A DNA stretch of 64,000 nt from Mantamonas sphyraenae STR306 (taxonomy: Eukaryota > Protista > CRuMs). The stretch covers positions 1 through 64,000 of the forward strand of contig JAPMXV010000036.1 in the NCBI GenBank assembly GCA_026936335.1, given 5' to 3'. This document shows, piece after piece, positions 12,057-25,400 of this stretch (its first letter is position 1; each line of letters opens with the position of its first letter). Below the pieces are notes generated by a model. That model saw nothing but the letters and a program-made list of their open reading frames with translations, was not told the origin of the DNA and did not search any database. A program made the position numbers and the translations under genes.

Positions 12057-13301
12057 ATGTCCTCCTCCTCCTCCTCCTCCTCCTCTACCGTCAAGACCCA
12101 GTTCTCTGGTCTGCAGCTTGAGATGAATGTGTGGCAGCACACAGAGATCCGCTTCGACGTCAACAGCAAGGATCTCCAGACCACCACGGGCGAGTACGTC
12201 ATCGACGCCCTGGAGAACATTGAAGACACAAAGGGAAACAATGGCAAGCGCGGCATCCTTCAGGCCACCAACCTGCGCCTCATCTGGTATTCCTCCCAGA
12301 CTGCCAAAACAAACCTCAGCATCGGCTACGGCTGCATCCTCAACTGCAACATCAAGAGCGCAAACTCACGCCTCCGCGGCAAAACCCAGGCTCTCTATGT
12401 CCTCACCAAGTTTGACAAGACCCGCTTCGAGTTTGTCTTTACCTCCGGTACGCCTGCCCTGCCCCGCACTCCTCGACCGTTTCCGCGCGCGCTCACTTCT
12501 GCGCTTCCCTCTCGCCCTCTCCCGCAGTTCTCGATTCGCCCCGCCTCTTTACCACTGTCCAGGCATCCTACCGTGCCTACGACACCTCGCGCATGTACAG
12601 GGACCTCAAGCTCCGTGGTGCCGTTGTCAAGGACGCCAAGCTGATTCTGCTTCCCGGCGAGCAGATCATCAGCAAGGTCACCGGCGCCTGGAACCTCTCA
12701 TCCGACCAGGGAAACCTGGGCACCTTTTTTATTACCGGTCTCCGTGTTGTCTGGCACGCCAACATGGCCGAAAACTTCAACGTCTCCATCCCCTACCTCC
12801 AGATCAGCTCCATCCGCGTCCGCAAGTCCAAGTTTGGCATGGCCCTCGTCATCACCACCACTGCCCAGAGCGGCTCCTATGTCCTTGGCTTCCGCCTTGG
12901 CGACGACGACGAGCTCGCCTCTTTCCACGACGAGCTTGTCCGCTTCCAACGCCTCTACGCCGCCAACCCCAACTTTGGCGTCGAGATGCGCCAGGAAGAG
13001 ACTCCGCTCCCTCTTGAGCAGCTCACCGTCCAACGCAAGATGGACGACATCGAGATCCTTGGTGACGACGACGACGCCACCGACGCCTTTGCCCTTGTAA
13101 GCCATCCCCCTTCCCCCCCTTCCCCCCCCTCCCCAACCAACCCTCCCTAACCCCACCCACCCCTCCCTAACCCCCCCTCTCCCACAGTACTACGCAGACG
13201 GCAAAGCAGACGACGTAGAACCCGAATTCAACTCCAAACTCGGCCTCGCCGTCGAGAAACTCAAGTCCGGCGTGACCCTCCAAGATCTTTGGCGCGTGTG
13301 A
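12057..13301 (+). CDS. BBS5: BBSome subunit BBS5 (~357 aa); exons 12057-12447, 12528-13096, 13188-13301
   Basis: Motifs [67 protein letters not shown]. Introns 12448-12527 and 13097-13187 restore frame. Confidence 0.97.
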
Positions 13302-13341
13302 CCCAAAACCACTGTCATCCCATCCACCATCCATCCATCCA

Positions 13342-16177
13342 TCACTCCCACATCCATTCATCCTCGCTCCCCCCTCCCTCCTCCTCCCCTCCGTTCCCTC
13401 CTCCACCTCCACCCGCTCGACTCCCCGTGCGCCTTCCCCGCCCCACCATCCCTGCACTACCCGTCCTGAACCGCGTCGTCTTGCCACGCACACGTGCCCC
13501 TCCCCTTCCGATCCCTTCCAACCGCATCCCGGCCACATGGTGATGGTGCGAGTGTGTTGGATCCTCGCTCACTGCTGCCGGAAGTGGCGATGCAAGATCC
13601 TCTTCTCCAAGCAGCCTTGCCATCCCTTCGCCTCCGAGCCCGCTCCCTCCCTTGCTCGGCAGTTCCACACGCGGCTCTCCACTCCGCTTTGGTGTCGTCA
13701 CGCCTCCCTCCTCTCCAGCCTTGCTTATCTTCTCCAGCAACGACGCGCTCTTCCCGCCCTTCCGCTCCACCACATGTTGCAGCGGAAACAGCCCGTGGAT
13801 CACCTCGACAGACTCACGGCGCTCCTCCTTCCGGATCCGCAGCACCGTCGCAATCTTTTTGTACACCTTGGTAGCCTGCAGCAGCAGCATCAACAGGCCG
13901 TGCAGCACACTCAGCAGCACCCACGCAAACACGTTGCTCAGCCAGCTGCTCGTCCGTGGACGCAGCGCAAGCAGTTCGTCGTCCATCTCTCCCACCTTTT
14001 CCATCAGATGGTCGATCACAGCCTCCTTCTGCCGGTTCTCCTCGCTCATCCGCTCCAGCTCCCGCTGCAGCCTGCTCACGCTCCCCTGCACCACCTCCAC
14101 CTCCCCAGCCGCACTCTCCACACGAAAGTTCATCGCCTGCACCTCAGACACCAGTGGCCGCAGGTTCGAGTTTTCCAGACTCAGCGCCGCCACCTTGCTT
14201 TCCAGCGCCGCCACCTTGCTTTCCAACGCCTCCACCTTTTCCACCTCGTACGCAAATGTCCGATACCGCGGCGCCTTGCTTTCTACCGCCGACTTTTGCC
14301 CTCCGCTCCCGCTGCTCCCGCTGCTCACGCTCGTTCTCCGCTTCCTCCCGTCCACACCCTGCCACTCCTCTGCCCGCTCCCGCTCCTGCGCCAGAAACGC
14401 CTTTAGCCGTGCCGGATCCTCCAGAAACGCCTCTCGCTGTGCTTTGCTCAGCCCCACCAGCTTTCGCCCCAGCCGGTGTTTCATCATCGGCCGGAAATAG
14501 TCGTCCTCCATGGCCAACAGAACCTCTTCGTACGCCTCCCGAAATGTCTCTCCGTCTACGTCTCCGTCCTCCACCTCCTGCTCCATCGCTTCCAGCACAC
14601 GCCCCAGCGGCAAATCCACCTTCATCCGCGCGTCCTCTGCAAAGAACCGCTCCCACAGCGCCGTCGCCATCTTTTGCAGCTGCCCGTACTTTGCCACATT
14701 CTCCTCGCGCACTCCTCCTTCTCCTCGCCGGTATGCGTCGTACGTCGCAAACAGCCGCATGTACTGTCGCACCTGCATCCAAAACATCAGCCGGCTGTTG
14801 TCCAGCTTCCCTCCGCTCACAAACGCATACAGAAACTCAAACGCCACCGGATCCTCCAGCAGCTCCTCCATCCTATACCCACTCGTGTCCCCATCTGCAT
14901 AAACCTCCACTGCCTCCTCCTCCTCCAATCCCGTTTCCGTGTCCACCACCACATTGCTGCTCCGCTTCCCGCCCACTTCCACCTCCCCCACACGATCCAG
15001 CAACGCCAGCTCGTCTGCATCCAACTTCACCCCCGCCGCACTGCTCTTTTGATCTCCCGACCCCTCCTCCCCTTCTCCCCGTTGCTGTACAAAGATCGGT
15101 TTCTCCTCCACAAACTCCTGTTCGCTGTCCTCCTCCTCTTCCTCCTCTTCGTCCTCCTCGCTTCGCGCTTTGCCTCGTCGCCCAAACCGTCCTCCACGTA
15201 CACGACGCCCTCCGGCCTGGTCTTCCCCCTTGTCTCTGCGAAAGAACGATGCCAGACCCCGAAAGTTCTTCTCTGAATCTTGTCGCGGCAGACCCCGCTC
15301 ACGCACGTCTCCGTCGTCCCCCACCACCGTAAGCGGCGTCCGGTTCACCATTGGCTCCATGGACCGGTCTCGCACGACCTGCACTCTCCCATTGCCCTCT
15401 TCCTTGCTCCGCACGCTCGGCATTGCTCCCACGGCTGTCCGCCGCAATCGCCCGCCCGCGTGGTGGCCATCCTCCTTTTCCAACTCGTTCACCTTGGCCT
15501 GAAACTCTGCACTCGGTCCCTCCTTACCTCCGCTCGATCCACCCTTGCCTCCCACACGTCCTTGCATCAGCCGCAGGCCTGCTTTTCTTCCCCACGACCC
15601 GCCTTTCCCGCTCCCGTCCTCCTCCTTCTTTTCCTGTGTCTCTCCCTCACCTCCTCCTCCCGCCCCGCTGCTCTTTCCCTCGTTCTCTGACCCCACTGTG
15701 CTCTCCCCCTCTCCGTCCTTTTGCAGCTGTTGCCTGTGCTGCAGCCGCCGCAGCGCGTACTTGTTCAGCGGCCTCCCCACCGTCCCGTCCGACCCGTAGT
15801 ACTGCTCCAGCAGGTTTGTTGCCACTCCCACACGTGCCTTTGTCTCGCTGCTCACCACCCCTTCGCTCCCCTCCTCCGCACGCAGCCCCTCATGCGCTCC
15901 CTCACTCTCTGTCCGCCCTCGCACCCCGGCTCCCGAATTCCCATCTCCCGCTCCACCACGCTTCTCCCCTCCTCGCGGCGACACGCGCTCCACCTGGTTG
16001 ACCCCGCTCCCCGACCGCCCTTGCAGCCCCAGCAGCGACATCATCTGTTCAGACGCAACCGTCTCCCCTTGCGCGTTCTTTGTCAACGAGTTGATGATGC
16101 TCAGCCGGTCTTCCGTCGACATCCCAGCCGTCCCCCGTATCGTGTTGTCTGCACACACACATGCCAAATGTGTAAGC

Positions 16178-16208
<31 letters not shown>

Positions 16209-16373
16209 CACGCCTCTCCCTTCTCCCTGCCCTGCCTCCTTCAACGCACACTGCCTTCCAGTCGCCCCTTTCTCCCCCAGCACCCCACGCATATTGCCCA
16301 TCGTCTGCGACCTTGACCGCGGCTGGCTGTTCACGCTGCTACTACGTGTTCGCGTCGACGGGTATCTATCCAT
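13342..16373 (-). CDS. RGS-domain protein with coiled coil and C-terminal hydrophobic/TM segment (~976 aa); exons 16373-16250, 16148-13342
   Basis: RGS-like segment MEELLEDPVAFEFLYAFV...LMFWMQVRQY...LWERFF...FREAYEEVLLAMEDDYF; heptad region KVEALESKVAALESKVAAL; hydrophobic VFAWVLLSVLHGLLMLLL. Intron 16149-16249 (GTGCGT...GCTTAC...GTGCAG) is in frame. Confidence 0.75.
16178..16203. repeat. (CT)n/(AG)n microsatellite inside the RGS gene intron
   Basis: About 13 CT dinucleotides. Confidence 0.95.
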
Positions 16374-16433
16374 TTGCCTTGCCTTGCCTTGCCCGACCTC
16401 GCGCCCACGCTCTGCCAACACAACGACCCCCCC

Positions 16434-19400
16434 ATGTCTTCTCGCAAGCCCGTCCAGTCTCTCGGCACCCTCGAAGAGCGCCAGCTCCGTGGCATGCAAC
16501 GTCTCCACGAGCACCAGCGCAACGTCGCCACCACTCTTGCCAAGAACCAACGCATCCGCTCCTTCGAAGAGCGAACAGCTTCTTCCTCCTCCTCCTCCTC
16601 CTCCACCACCACCACCACCACCTCCTCCTCCTCCTCATCCTCATCCAACCTTACCACCACCTCCTCCTCCCTTCCTCCCATCGGCTCTGGCGCTGCTGTC
16701 TCCCAAACCAGCACCGCCGCCGCTCTCGTTCGCAAACCGCGCAATCGAAAGCACAAGTCCACCCGCTCACCAACGCGCATCAACACAAAGGCTGCCCTAG
16801 GCATGCACCCCAAGCCCTACCCGTCCCGTAGTCGCATCGGACCGCATGCTTTCAACACTGGCACCGACACGCCAAACGTACGTCCTCTCCCGCCTGCCAC
16901 CAACCGCCCCACACCCCACGCCCCACCCCTCCCCACTCCTTCCTCCGCCTCCACCCGCCACCCATCCACCCTCCCCGCCCACCCCGCCCTTCCCACCCCC
17001 TCCCCTTTCCCGCCCACCCTCCCCGACCCTCTCTGCCTCTCCCTCCCCTCCTACTCACCCACCCGTTTTCCGATCATCTCCCAACCGTTACCTCTTCACC
17101 CGCCCCCTCTGCCCACACAGTTCCGCGCAGAACTCCGCAAGCGTACCCAAACTGTACAAAAACATCTCGGTGCCAATCTCCCTGCCCCGTATGCCTCCCT
17201 CATGTCTCTCGAGCTCGCCGAGGAGCCTGAAGAGGATCCCCAATCCCGCTTCAACTGCTCTCCCCGCCCCATGCTCGTCGGCCCCGTCTTCTCCCTTTCC
17301 CAAGACTCCACCTCTCTGCGTAACTACAAACGCACCCTTTCCCACCTCGGCCACTCCACCACCAACCCCTCCTCCTCCTCCACCGCCAACCCCTCCACCA
17401 CCACCACCATCTCCTCCTCCTCCTCCTCCTCCTCCTCCTCAACCTCTCCTTCCGAGGCACCCTTCAACACAACCACCTCCTCCACCCATCACCAGTATCT
17501 TCCTCTCGACGCATTCGACATGCCCGACTCCTCCCTCCGCTCCCCGCAGGAAATCCAGGCCATGACCCCGGGCTCCCACGACCCGCCCCTCCCGGCTGTG
17601 TCAAAGTACTTTGCCCCAGATGGCTCCTTCACATGGAACCCTTGCGCCGTCCACGCCTACGACCCCGACCGCAGACTCTTTCGTATTCGCTGGACCGCCA
17701 CTGCCAAGAAAAAGTGGGTCAGCCGCCTCAATCTTCTCTTTGACGGAGAAGATCGACAGCTTTTCGACCGCCGCGTCGACCTCGCCCAACAGTTGCGTGA
17801 CGACTCGGAGCGCCACATGCGCATCTTCTTTTTCATCGACTCCCTCCCTCACGAGCGCTCCCTCCTCATGACCGACGCACAGCTCGACCACATCGCAGAC
17901 CTTGCCACTGCCACACTTCCCTCCTCCCTCACCATCACAGACTCCTTCTACCACGAGGTCCAGACCTTCCACGAGCGCTCCCAGCAGCTTGCCATCCTTG
18001 TCTTCAACGTACGCAACAACATCGACCCTCACATCTACGCAGACCTCGGCATCCAAGACTCCTTCCCGCCACCCGTCGTCCCGCTCTATGCAAAGCTGCC
18101 CCTCTCTCACTTTCGCACTCCCTACGCCACCGTCCAGCGTGCCATTGCCGACAACCTCCTTCACGCACGCGCAAACCTCCTCGCCACCATCCAGGGCATC
18201 TACACAATCTGCGAGTCCATCAAAGACACCTCCCTCATCGTCGCCTCCTTCGACGCCCCCGTACGTCTCGACCATTTCATGTCCGCTCAGCAGGCAAACC
18301 ACATCAAGGTACAGCAGATCCTCCGCAACCAGTGGCAGCAGGCCGTCATCGCCTGCATCCAGCGCAACCTCGACGACCAACTCGAGGTTGGCAGGCACAT
18401 CCAAGACCTCCTCGAGGACCAACTCGTCCACCGCGCCAACCATGATCTCCCGGCCCTCGACCGTGACCAGCTCCTCGTTGGCCAGCGCCTCAACGCCCTC
18501 CTCAAGCTCATCTCCCTCATCCAAGAGGACGTACTCTTTCTCCTCACCCGCCGCTCCCTCCTCGCCTTCCGCTCCCTCTTTACAAACGCCCTCGCTCCTG
18601 TCGACGCTCCCGTCGAACACAGCTCCACCCCGCTCCACCACACCTTTGCCCACATCGGCGTCTCCTCTCCTCGCAACCCCTTCCTCCGCATCCAACTCAC
18701 CGTCGACGACGTACAACCCACCCTCCTCCCAAACCTCCTCGACGTCACAGACGACATCCTCACTGCCTGCGACGACATCTTTTCCCTCATCGCAGACATT
18801 CCCCGTGTCGATGGCTACATCAAGCAGGACGGCGCCCTCGAGCACCTCACCCTTCGCTACGAGTCCCCTCACTCCACCCTCGCCACACAAGTCCGCTCAG
18901 ACGTCCAGCTCGCCATTCGCGAAGGCTTTGCTCAGCTCGACCAATTCCTCCACTCTCTCGACAAGTACAAGCCCCTCCTCCAGCTCCAGAAGCAGATCCA
19001 CGTCTACACGCGTGACATCGAATCGGAAAAGCCAGACCTCGACCATCTCGTGCATCTCATCGAGCAGCACCGCGCCACAGACGCTGACATCCACCAAAAC
19101 GTGCCCAACTTTCTCTACTTTGGCATGATTGTCCTCGAGACCCTTCCCTTCAAGCAGAGTCTCCATGCAATTGTCGACAACCTCGTCCAGAGCATCCTTT
19201 CCGTCCTCTGGAAGCAGGCCAAGTCCGACTGCGCCACCCTCGCCGACGACTTCAACGCCATGAACAACCGCCTCAAGAAGCAACCCAAGGACGCCGAAGA
19301 GTGGGGCGATCTCATGGCCTACGTCTACGACGTCGACGACCTCCTCCAGGCCCTGCAGCTCCGCATCGATGCCATGCTCGCAAAGTACGACACCCTTGAG

Positions 19401-22400
19401 CACTACCAGTTCCCCATCTCTCCCAACGAGTTCAAAACTCGCTGGAAGATCTTTGCCTGGCCCAAGCACATCCACCTACGCGTCGGCAAAACCCTCAAGC
19501 ACCTCGAAAACACAGAGCACGGCTTCCTCGAAGTCCTCAAGCAGAGCAAGCGCAACCTCCAGCGCCAGCTCACCTCCCTCGACGGCGAGGTTGCAGAGAT
19601 CCCCATGCTCACAGACATTGCCCAAGCAGACGAGTACGTCACTCGCCTCAAGGCTCTCGACAAACAGATCAACTCCTGTGCCGCCACCGCACGCGACACA
19701 AACAGGCAGGAGCACCTCTTCAAGATCGACCTCACCGACTACTCCCACGTCGACCGTCTCAAGGACCAGCTCCAGCCCTATCTCGATCTCTGGTCCCTCG
19801 TTGCCAACTGGTCACGCAACCACAGCACCTACATCTACGGCCGCTTCGACAAGCTCGACCCCGTCCAGATCCAGACACACGTCTCCTCCTCTCTCGAGAC
19901 CCTCGACTCCCTCCAGCGCCTCCTTGCAGGCAAGCATGGCCCCATGACCGTCATCAACGCAGTCCGCCAGGACATCCGTGACTTTTCAAAGTACCTCCCG
20001 CTCATCAACTCCCTGCGCAATCCGGGCCTCCGCAGGCGTCACTGGGAGCGACTCCAGGCCGAAACGGGCCTCCCTCTCGGCGCAAACATCGACATCGCCC
20101 TCGAGGGTTTCATCGAGCAGTACGACTTTGACCCGCACATGCGCACCATCGAAAAAATCTCCGACGTCGCCGCAGAGGAGTACAAAGTCGAGCTCTACCT
20201 CGACGAAATGAGTCGCGAGTGGAACAACGTCTACTTTGACATGGAGCCCTACCGCAGCACAGACGCCCTCGTCATCACAAACGCAGACGCTGTGCTCGGC
20301 ATCGTCGAAGACCAGATCACACGTCTCCACACCATGCTCATCGACGTCCACGCCAAGGAGCACACAACCGCCATCCGCGACCTCGAGGCTCAGCTCTCAC
20401 GCACCGCAGACACCATCGACGAGTGGATCCGCTGCCAAACCCAGTGGCAATACTTCCATCCCATCTTCAAGAGCTCCGACATGCTCGAGTCCATGCCCGG
20501 CGAAGCACGCCGTTTTGCTGCCGTCGACTCAAAGTGGCGCCGCATGATGTACTCCGCCTCGCGCGACCGCAAGGTCTGGTTCCTCGCCACCGCCGACCGC
20601 CTCCAGACCCTTCGCTCCTACAACTCCACCCTCGAGCAGATCATGCATGGCCTTGCGCAATACCTCGACAAGAAGCGCATGCAGTTCCCTCGCTTCTTCT
20701 TCCTCTCCAACAACGAGCTTCTCTCTCTCCTGGCAAACGTCGATCCGCGCGCTTGCCAGCCTCACCTGCGCAAGTTCTTTGCAGGCATCCATTCCCTCGT
20801 CTTCCAGAGCGCCTCTGCAGAGCAGATCACACGCATCAACGAGCAAAAGGCAAAGGCAAAGGCTGCCGTCGCCGCCTTTGCCTCCTCTTCCTCCTCCTCA
20901 TCTGCCAACTCGCCACGCACTCCCCTCAAGATTGTCGAGACAGACACCGACGGCGAGATGGTTGAGCTCGACGACCTTGACCTTGCTCCCCAGTCCCCTG
21001 CACTCCTCATCGCAGAGGACACCCAGGAGAAACCCCAGCATCTCCATCTCGCCCTCGCCATGTCCTCCAACCACGGCGAGACCCTCAACTTTCTCGAACC
21101 CGTGCCCGCCGACAACGAGGAGGAAAAGTGGCTTACCGGCGTCGAGAGCCAGATGCAGGACACCCTCAACTATCTCCTCCTCAAGGCCGTCAACGCCTAC
21201 CCGCGGCAGGACTCCACCCAGGCTTTCCTCAAGTGGATCACAGGCAAGCCTTCCCAGGTCGTACGCGTCGCCCTCAGCATCGTGTGGACGCGCACCATCG
21301 AAGACATCCTCTCCTCCTCCCGCAAAACCGGCCTCCCCTACCTCGCCCAGCAGATCACGGACAAGATTGACGCACTCGTCCAGCATCGCGCCACTCTGCG
21401 CGACCACTCTCGCCACGACATCGAGACCGTTATCATCCACGCCGCAAACTACGTCGACATCGTACGCCGTCTCGCAGACGCCGGCATTGCAGACATTGCC
21501 GACTTTGCCTGGCAGCGCAACCTTCGCTACTACGTCTCCCAAAAGGCCTGCTTTGTCACTCAGCTCGACACCCGTCTCGAGTACGGCTACGAGTATCTCG
21601 GCGCCGCCTCTCGCCTTGTCCTCACCCCGCTTATCCACAGAGCCCACCTTACGCTCACCAACGCCATCCAAGAGTGCTCTGCGGGCGCCCTCGTAGGCCC
21701 CGCCGGCAACGGCAAGACCGAAGTCATCAAGGACCTTGCAAACGCCGTCGCCAAACAGGTCATGGTCTACTCTTGCTCCCAGGACATGTCCTACCAGACC
21801 GTCTCCAACTTTATCAAGGGCGTCATCGCCTCGGGCGTCTGGGCCTGTCTCGACGACTTTGACCGCATCTCCCAGCAGGTCATGTCTGTCATGGCCCAAC
21901 AGATGGCCGATGTACAGCGTGCCTACTTCAAGAACCTCTACCGCGTCACCCTTCCCGGCGCCTCTGGTGCAATCCTCGACATCACTGTCGGCCGCAACGA
22001 CCGCCTCGCCATCTTTGCAACCCTCAGCCCTGACCAGTCATCGCACCGCACCACCCTCCCGCAAAACCTCCGCGCCCTCTTCCGCTCCGTCGCCATGGTA
22101 TCGCCCGACCATACGCACGTCATCCAAACCCTCCTCCTCGCAAAAGGGTTTCGCCACGGTCCTGTCCTCGCACGCAAAGTCGTCTGGCTCATGCACAACA
22201 TGGTCCATCAGCTGCCCTTCCATGCACACTACCAGTTCACTCTCCGCGACGCACTCGCACTCATCAGGACCGCCGCTCGCGAACTCCCCTCGTTCCAAGG
22301 CGACGACACCCTTGCCCAAGAGCTCACTCTCGTCGGCCTCACCCTCGTCCGCATGCTCACGCCGCAGCTCCTGCCCACTCACGAGGCGCATCTCCTCGAC

Positions 22401-25400
22401 ATGCTGGGCGCTCTCTTTGGCCTCGATGCTCTTCAGGACAATTCCGGCCTGCGCACAGAGCTTGCAAACGCACTCGTCCAGGCTGCCACCGACGCACATC
22501 TCGAGCCCGTGCCCACCTTTATCCAAAACGCCGTTCAGCTCAACGATGCCCTCCAATCCAGCTCGGGTGTCATCCTCTGCGGCCCAGCAGGCGCAGGCAA
22601 AACCACAACCCTCGAGACCCTTGCGCGCGTACTCGACGTACGTCTCGTCCGCCTCAGCCCGGCCGCCCTCCACTATCACCAGCTCTTTGGCCACGCCGGC
22701 ACAAACGACTGGAAGGACGGACTGCTTGCGCGCATCCTGCGTGGCGCCACAAACACTTGGGTCCTCTTTGACGGGCCCATCGACCGACACTGGGCAGACA
22801 GCCTCAACTCCCTCCTCGACAACACCGCCCTCGTGTGCCTCGCCAACGGCGAACGCGTCCTCCTCGACCCTTCTGTCCGCATCATCTTTGAGGTCGACGA
22901 CATCACACATGCCAGCAGTTCCACCCTCAACCGCACGGCCACCGTCCACATCGATCCGGCTGTCCTCGCCCCCGTCCACATCCTTCGCCACTGGCTCCGC
23001 ACAGGCGGCCTCCACGTCCCCGAAGCACTCCATCCTCTCCTCACAGACACACATCTCACCGTCATTGTCGACGCCATCCGCTGGTTCCGTGCAAACTGCC
23101 CGGCCACCATCCAGCCTCTCTCGGACGCCGTCCTCACCGCTTCTGTGCTCCGCATGGTCCAGTGCCTCGTTGCAGAGCACGCTTCCGAGTGGTCTGCCCT
23201 CGACAAGGGTCAGAACGCAGCCGCAGACACCCTTGGCCACATCCTCTTTGTCGCCATCGTCTGGTCCATCGGCTGCAACGTCTCTGCCCAACACAGAGGC
23301 GCCTTTGACAAGCACATGCGTGCCCTCGCACGCTCGCTCGACATCACTCTGCCCAACGACGACCAAAGCGTCTTTGAGTACCGCTTCGACCCGGCCCTCG
23401 AAGCCATCAAGCCCGTCAACTTTGACTTTGTCGTCAAGGAGTACACAAGCACCCCGGCTGCCCTCCACAGCTTTGTGCCCACCATGGACCTCATCCAGTA
23501 CATGCATCACGTCAAGCTCCTCCTCCGCAACGGCTTCCCCGTCATGCTCGCTGGCCAGGAGGGCACCGGCAAGACAACCATCCTCAAACACCTCCTCAAC
23601 TACTGCATGCCTGAGCAGTACGTGCCATGGAGCATCAGCCTCACGGCCCGCTCAAACGTAACCACTCTCCAGAGCTTCATGAACGCCCAGCTCCAACGCC
23701 GCGTCAAGGGTGTCTACGGACCCGAAATCGGCGCCAGACTCGTCATCTACGCTGACGGCGTCAACATGCCACGCGCCTCCGATGCACCCTCCTCTTCCAA
23801 CCCGCAGCCACCTGTCGAACTCCTCCGGCAATTCCTGCAGGAACGCGGCTGGTACGACGACGCAACCCTCGCCCACAAGACCGTCGACGACGTCCAACTC
23901 GTCTGCTCCATGACCACCCCCGCGCCAAATGCCCCCGAAAGCGGCGACCAGTCCCTCTCGCCACGCTTCCTCCGCCACTTTAGCCTCCTCACTCTGCCCC
24001 AGCCCTCCTCTGCAAACCTTGCACGCATGTACGGCACTCTGTTCAAGTCGTTCCTCTCTCGCAACGCCTTTAAGGAGCAGGTCGTCAACTTTGCCGACCG
24101 CATCGTCATCGCCACGGTCGAGCTGTACACACACATCAACCAACAGGTCGTCGACGACCAGCTCGCCAACCAGTGGTTCAGCTCCGCCCTCAGCATGCAT
24201 CACCTCGCTCAGGTCTTTCACGGTCTCATGCTCGCAAACGTCACCTCCTCAAACTCCATCGAGGAGGTCGTCTCCCTCTGGATCCACGAGTGCCGCCGCG
24301 CCTTTTGCGACCGTCTCACCTCCCCAGCCGCACGCGACGTCTTTGCAAGCGCCCTCGACCGCATCCTCGAAACAAACTTTGGCGTGCGTACCAAAAAGAG
24401 TTTCATGTACACAAACTTCATGAGCGACTCGCGCGCAAAGTACGAACGCGTCAACGACATTGGCCTCGTCGCCTCTCGCCTCGAACACTTTGTCGACGAA
24501 TTCAACGCCGAGAACCACATGCCCCTCCAGATGCGCATGTTCAACACTGCCATCCAGCATGTCGCCCGACTCTCTCGCGCACTTGCCCTCCCCGACGGCC
24601 ATGCCTTCCTTCTCGGCTCACGTGGCTCCGGACGCCGCAACTGCATCCGCCTCACCGCCGCCCTCGCCAAGATGCCCATCTATGAGGCTCCCTCCGACCC
24701 CGCCGAGTGGACCGAACTCCTGCGCAAGGTCCTGCGCACCGCGGGTGTCGAGCAACAACATGTCATCCTCAGCGTCGACGAGGAGAGCATCCCCAGCACC
24801 GCAGCCTGGGACGACATCGTTTCCATCCTCGCCTCTGGTGACTGTCCACAGATTTGGATGCCCGCAGACGTCGAGTACATCCAGCGCTCTCTCGAAGGCG
24901 CCGTTGCAAAGCTCAACCTGCCCAAGAAGGCCTGGATGGTGCGCGACTACTTCACCCACAAGGTCCGCCGCCATCTCCACATCATCGTCACCATGACTCC
25001 GTCCGAGCGCCTCGCACACCACCTGCGCACCTTTCCCACCATCACCAACGTCTGTTACACAGACTGGTACGATGAGTGGCCCGACAAGGACCTCCAGTTC
25101 CTCGTCGACCGCCAGCTCCTTCCCCTCCAGCTCGACCAAGCAGTCCACCACAGCCTCTCTGCCGCCGCCATCCAGTTCCACACAGAAGCCATTGCCACAG
25201 ACACCATCCACGTGCGTGCTCACCTGGAGAACTCCACAAACCTCATCACACATCGCCATTTCATCGACCTCCTCAAGCTCTTTGTCGTCCACCTGCGCCG
25301 CAAGTCCAATGAGCTCGCCGTCCGCGACAAGGCACTCAACGTCGCCATGCAGCGTTTCCAGGTCCTCGAGGAGCTCGTCAAGGAGCTCGAACAAAAGCAG

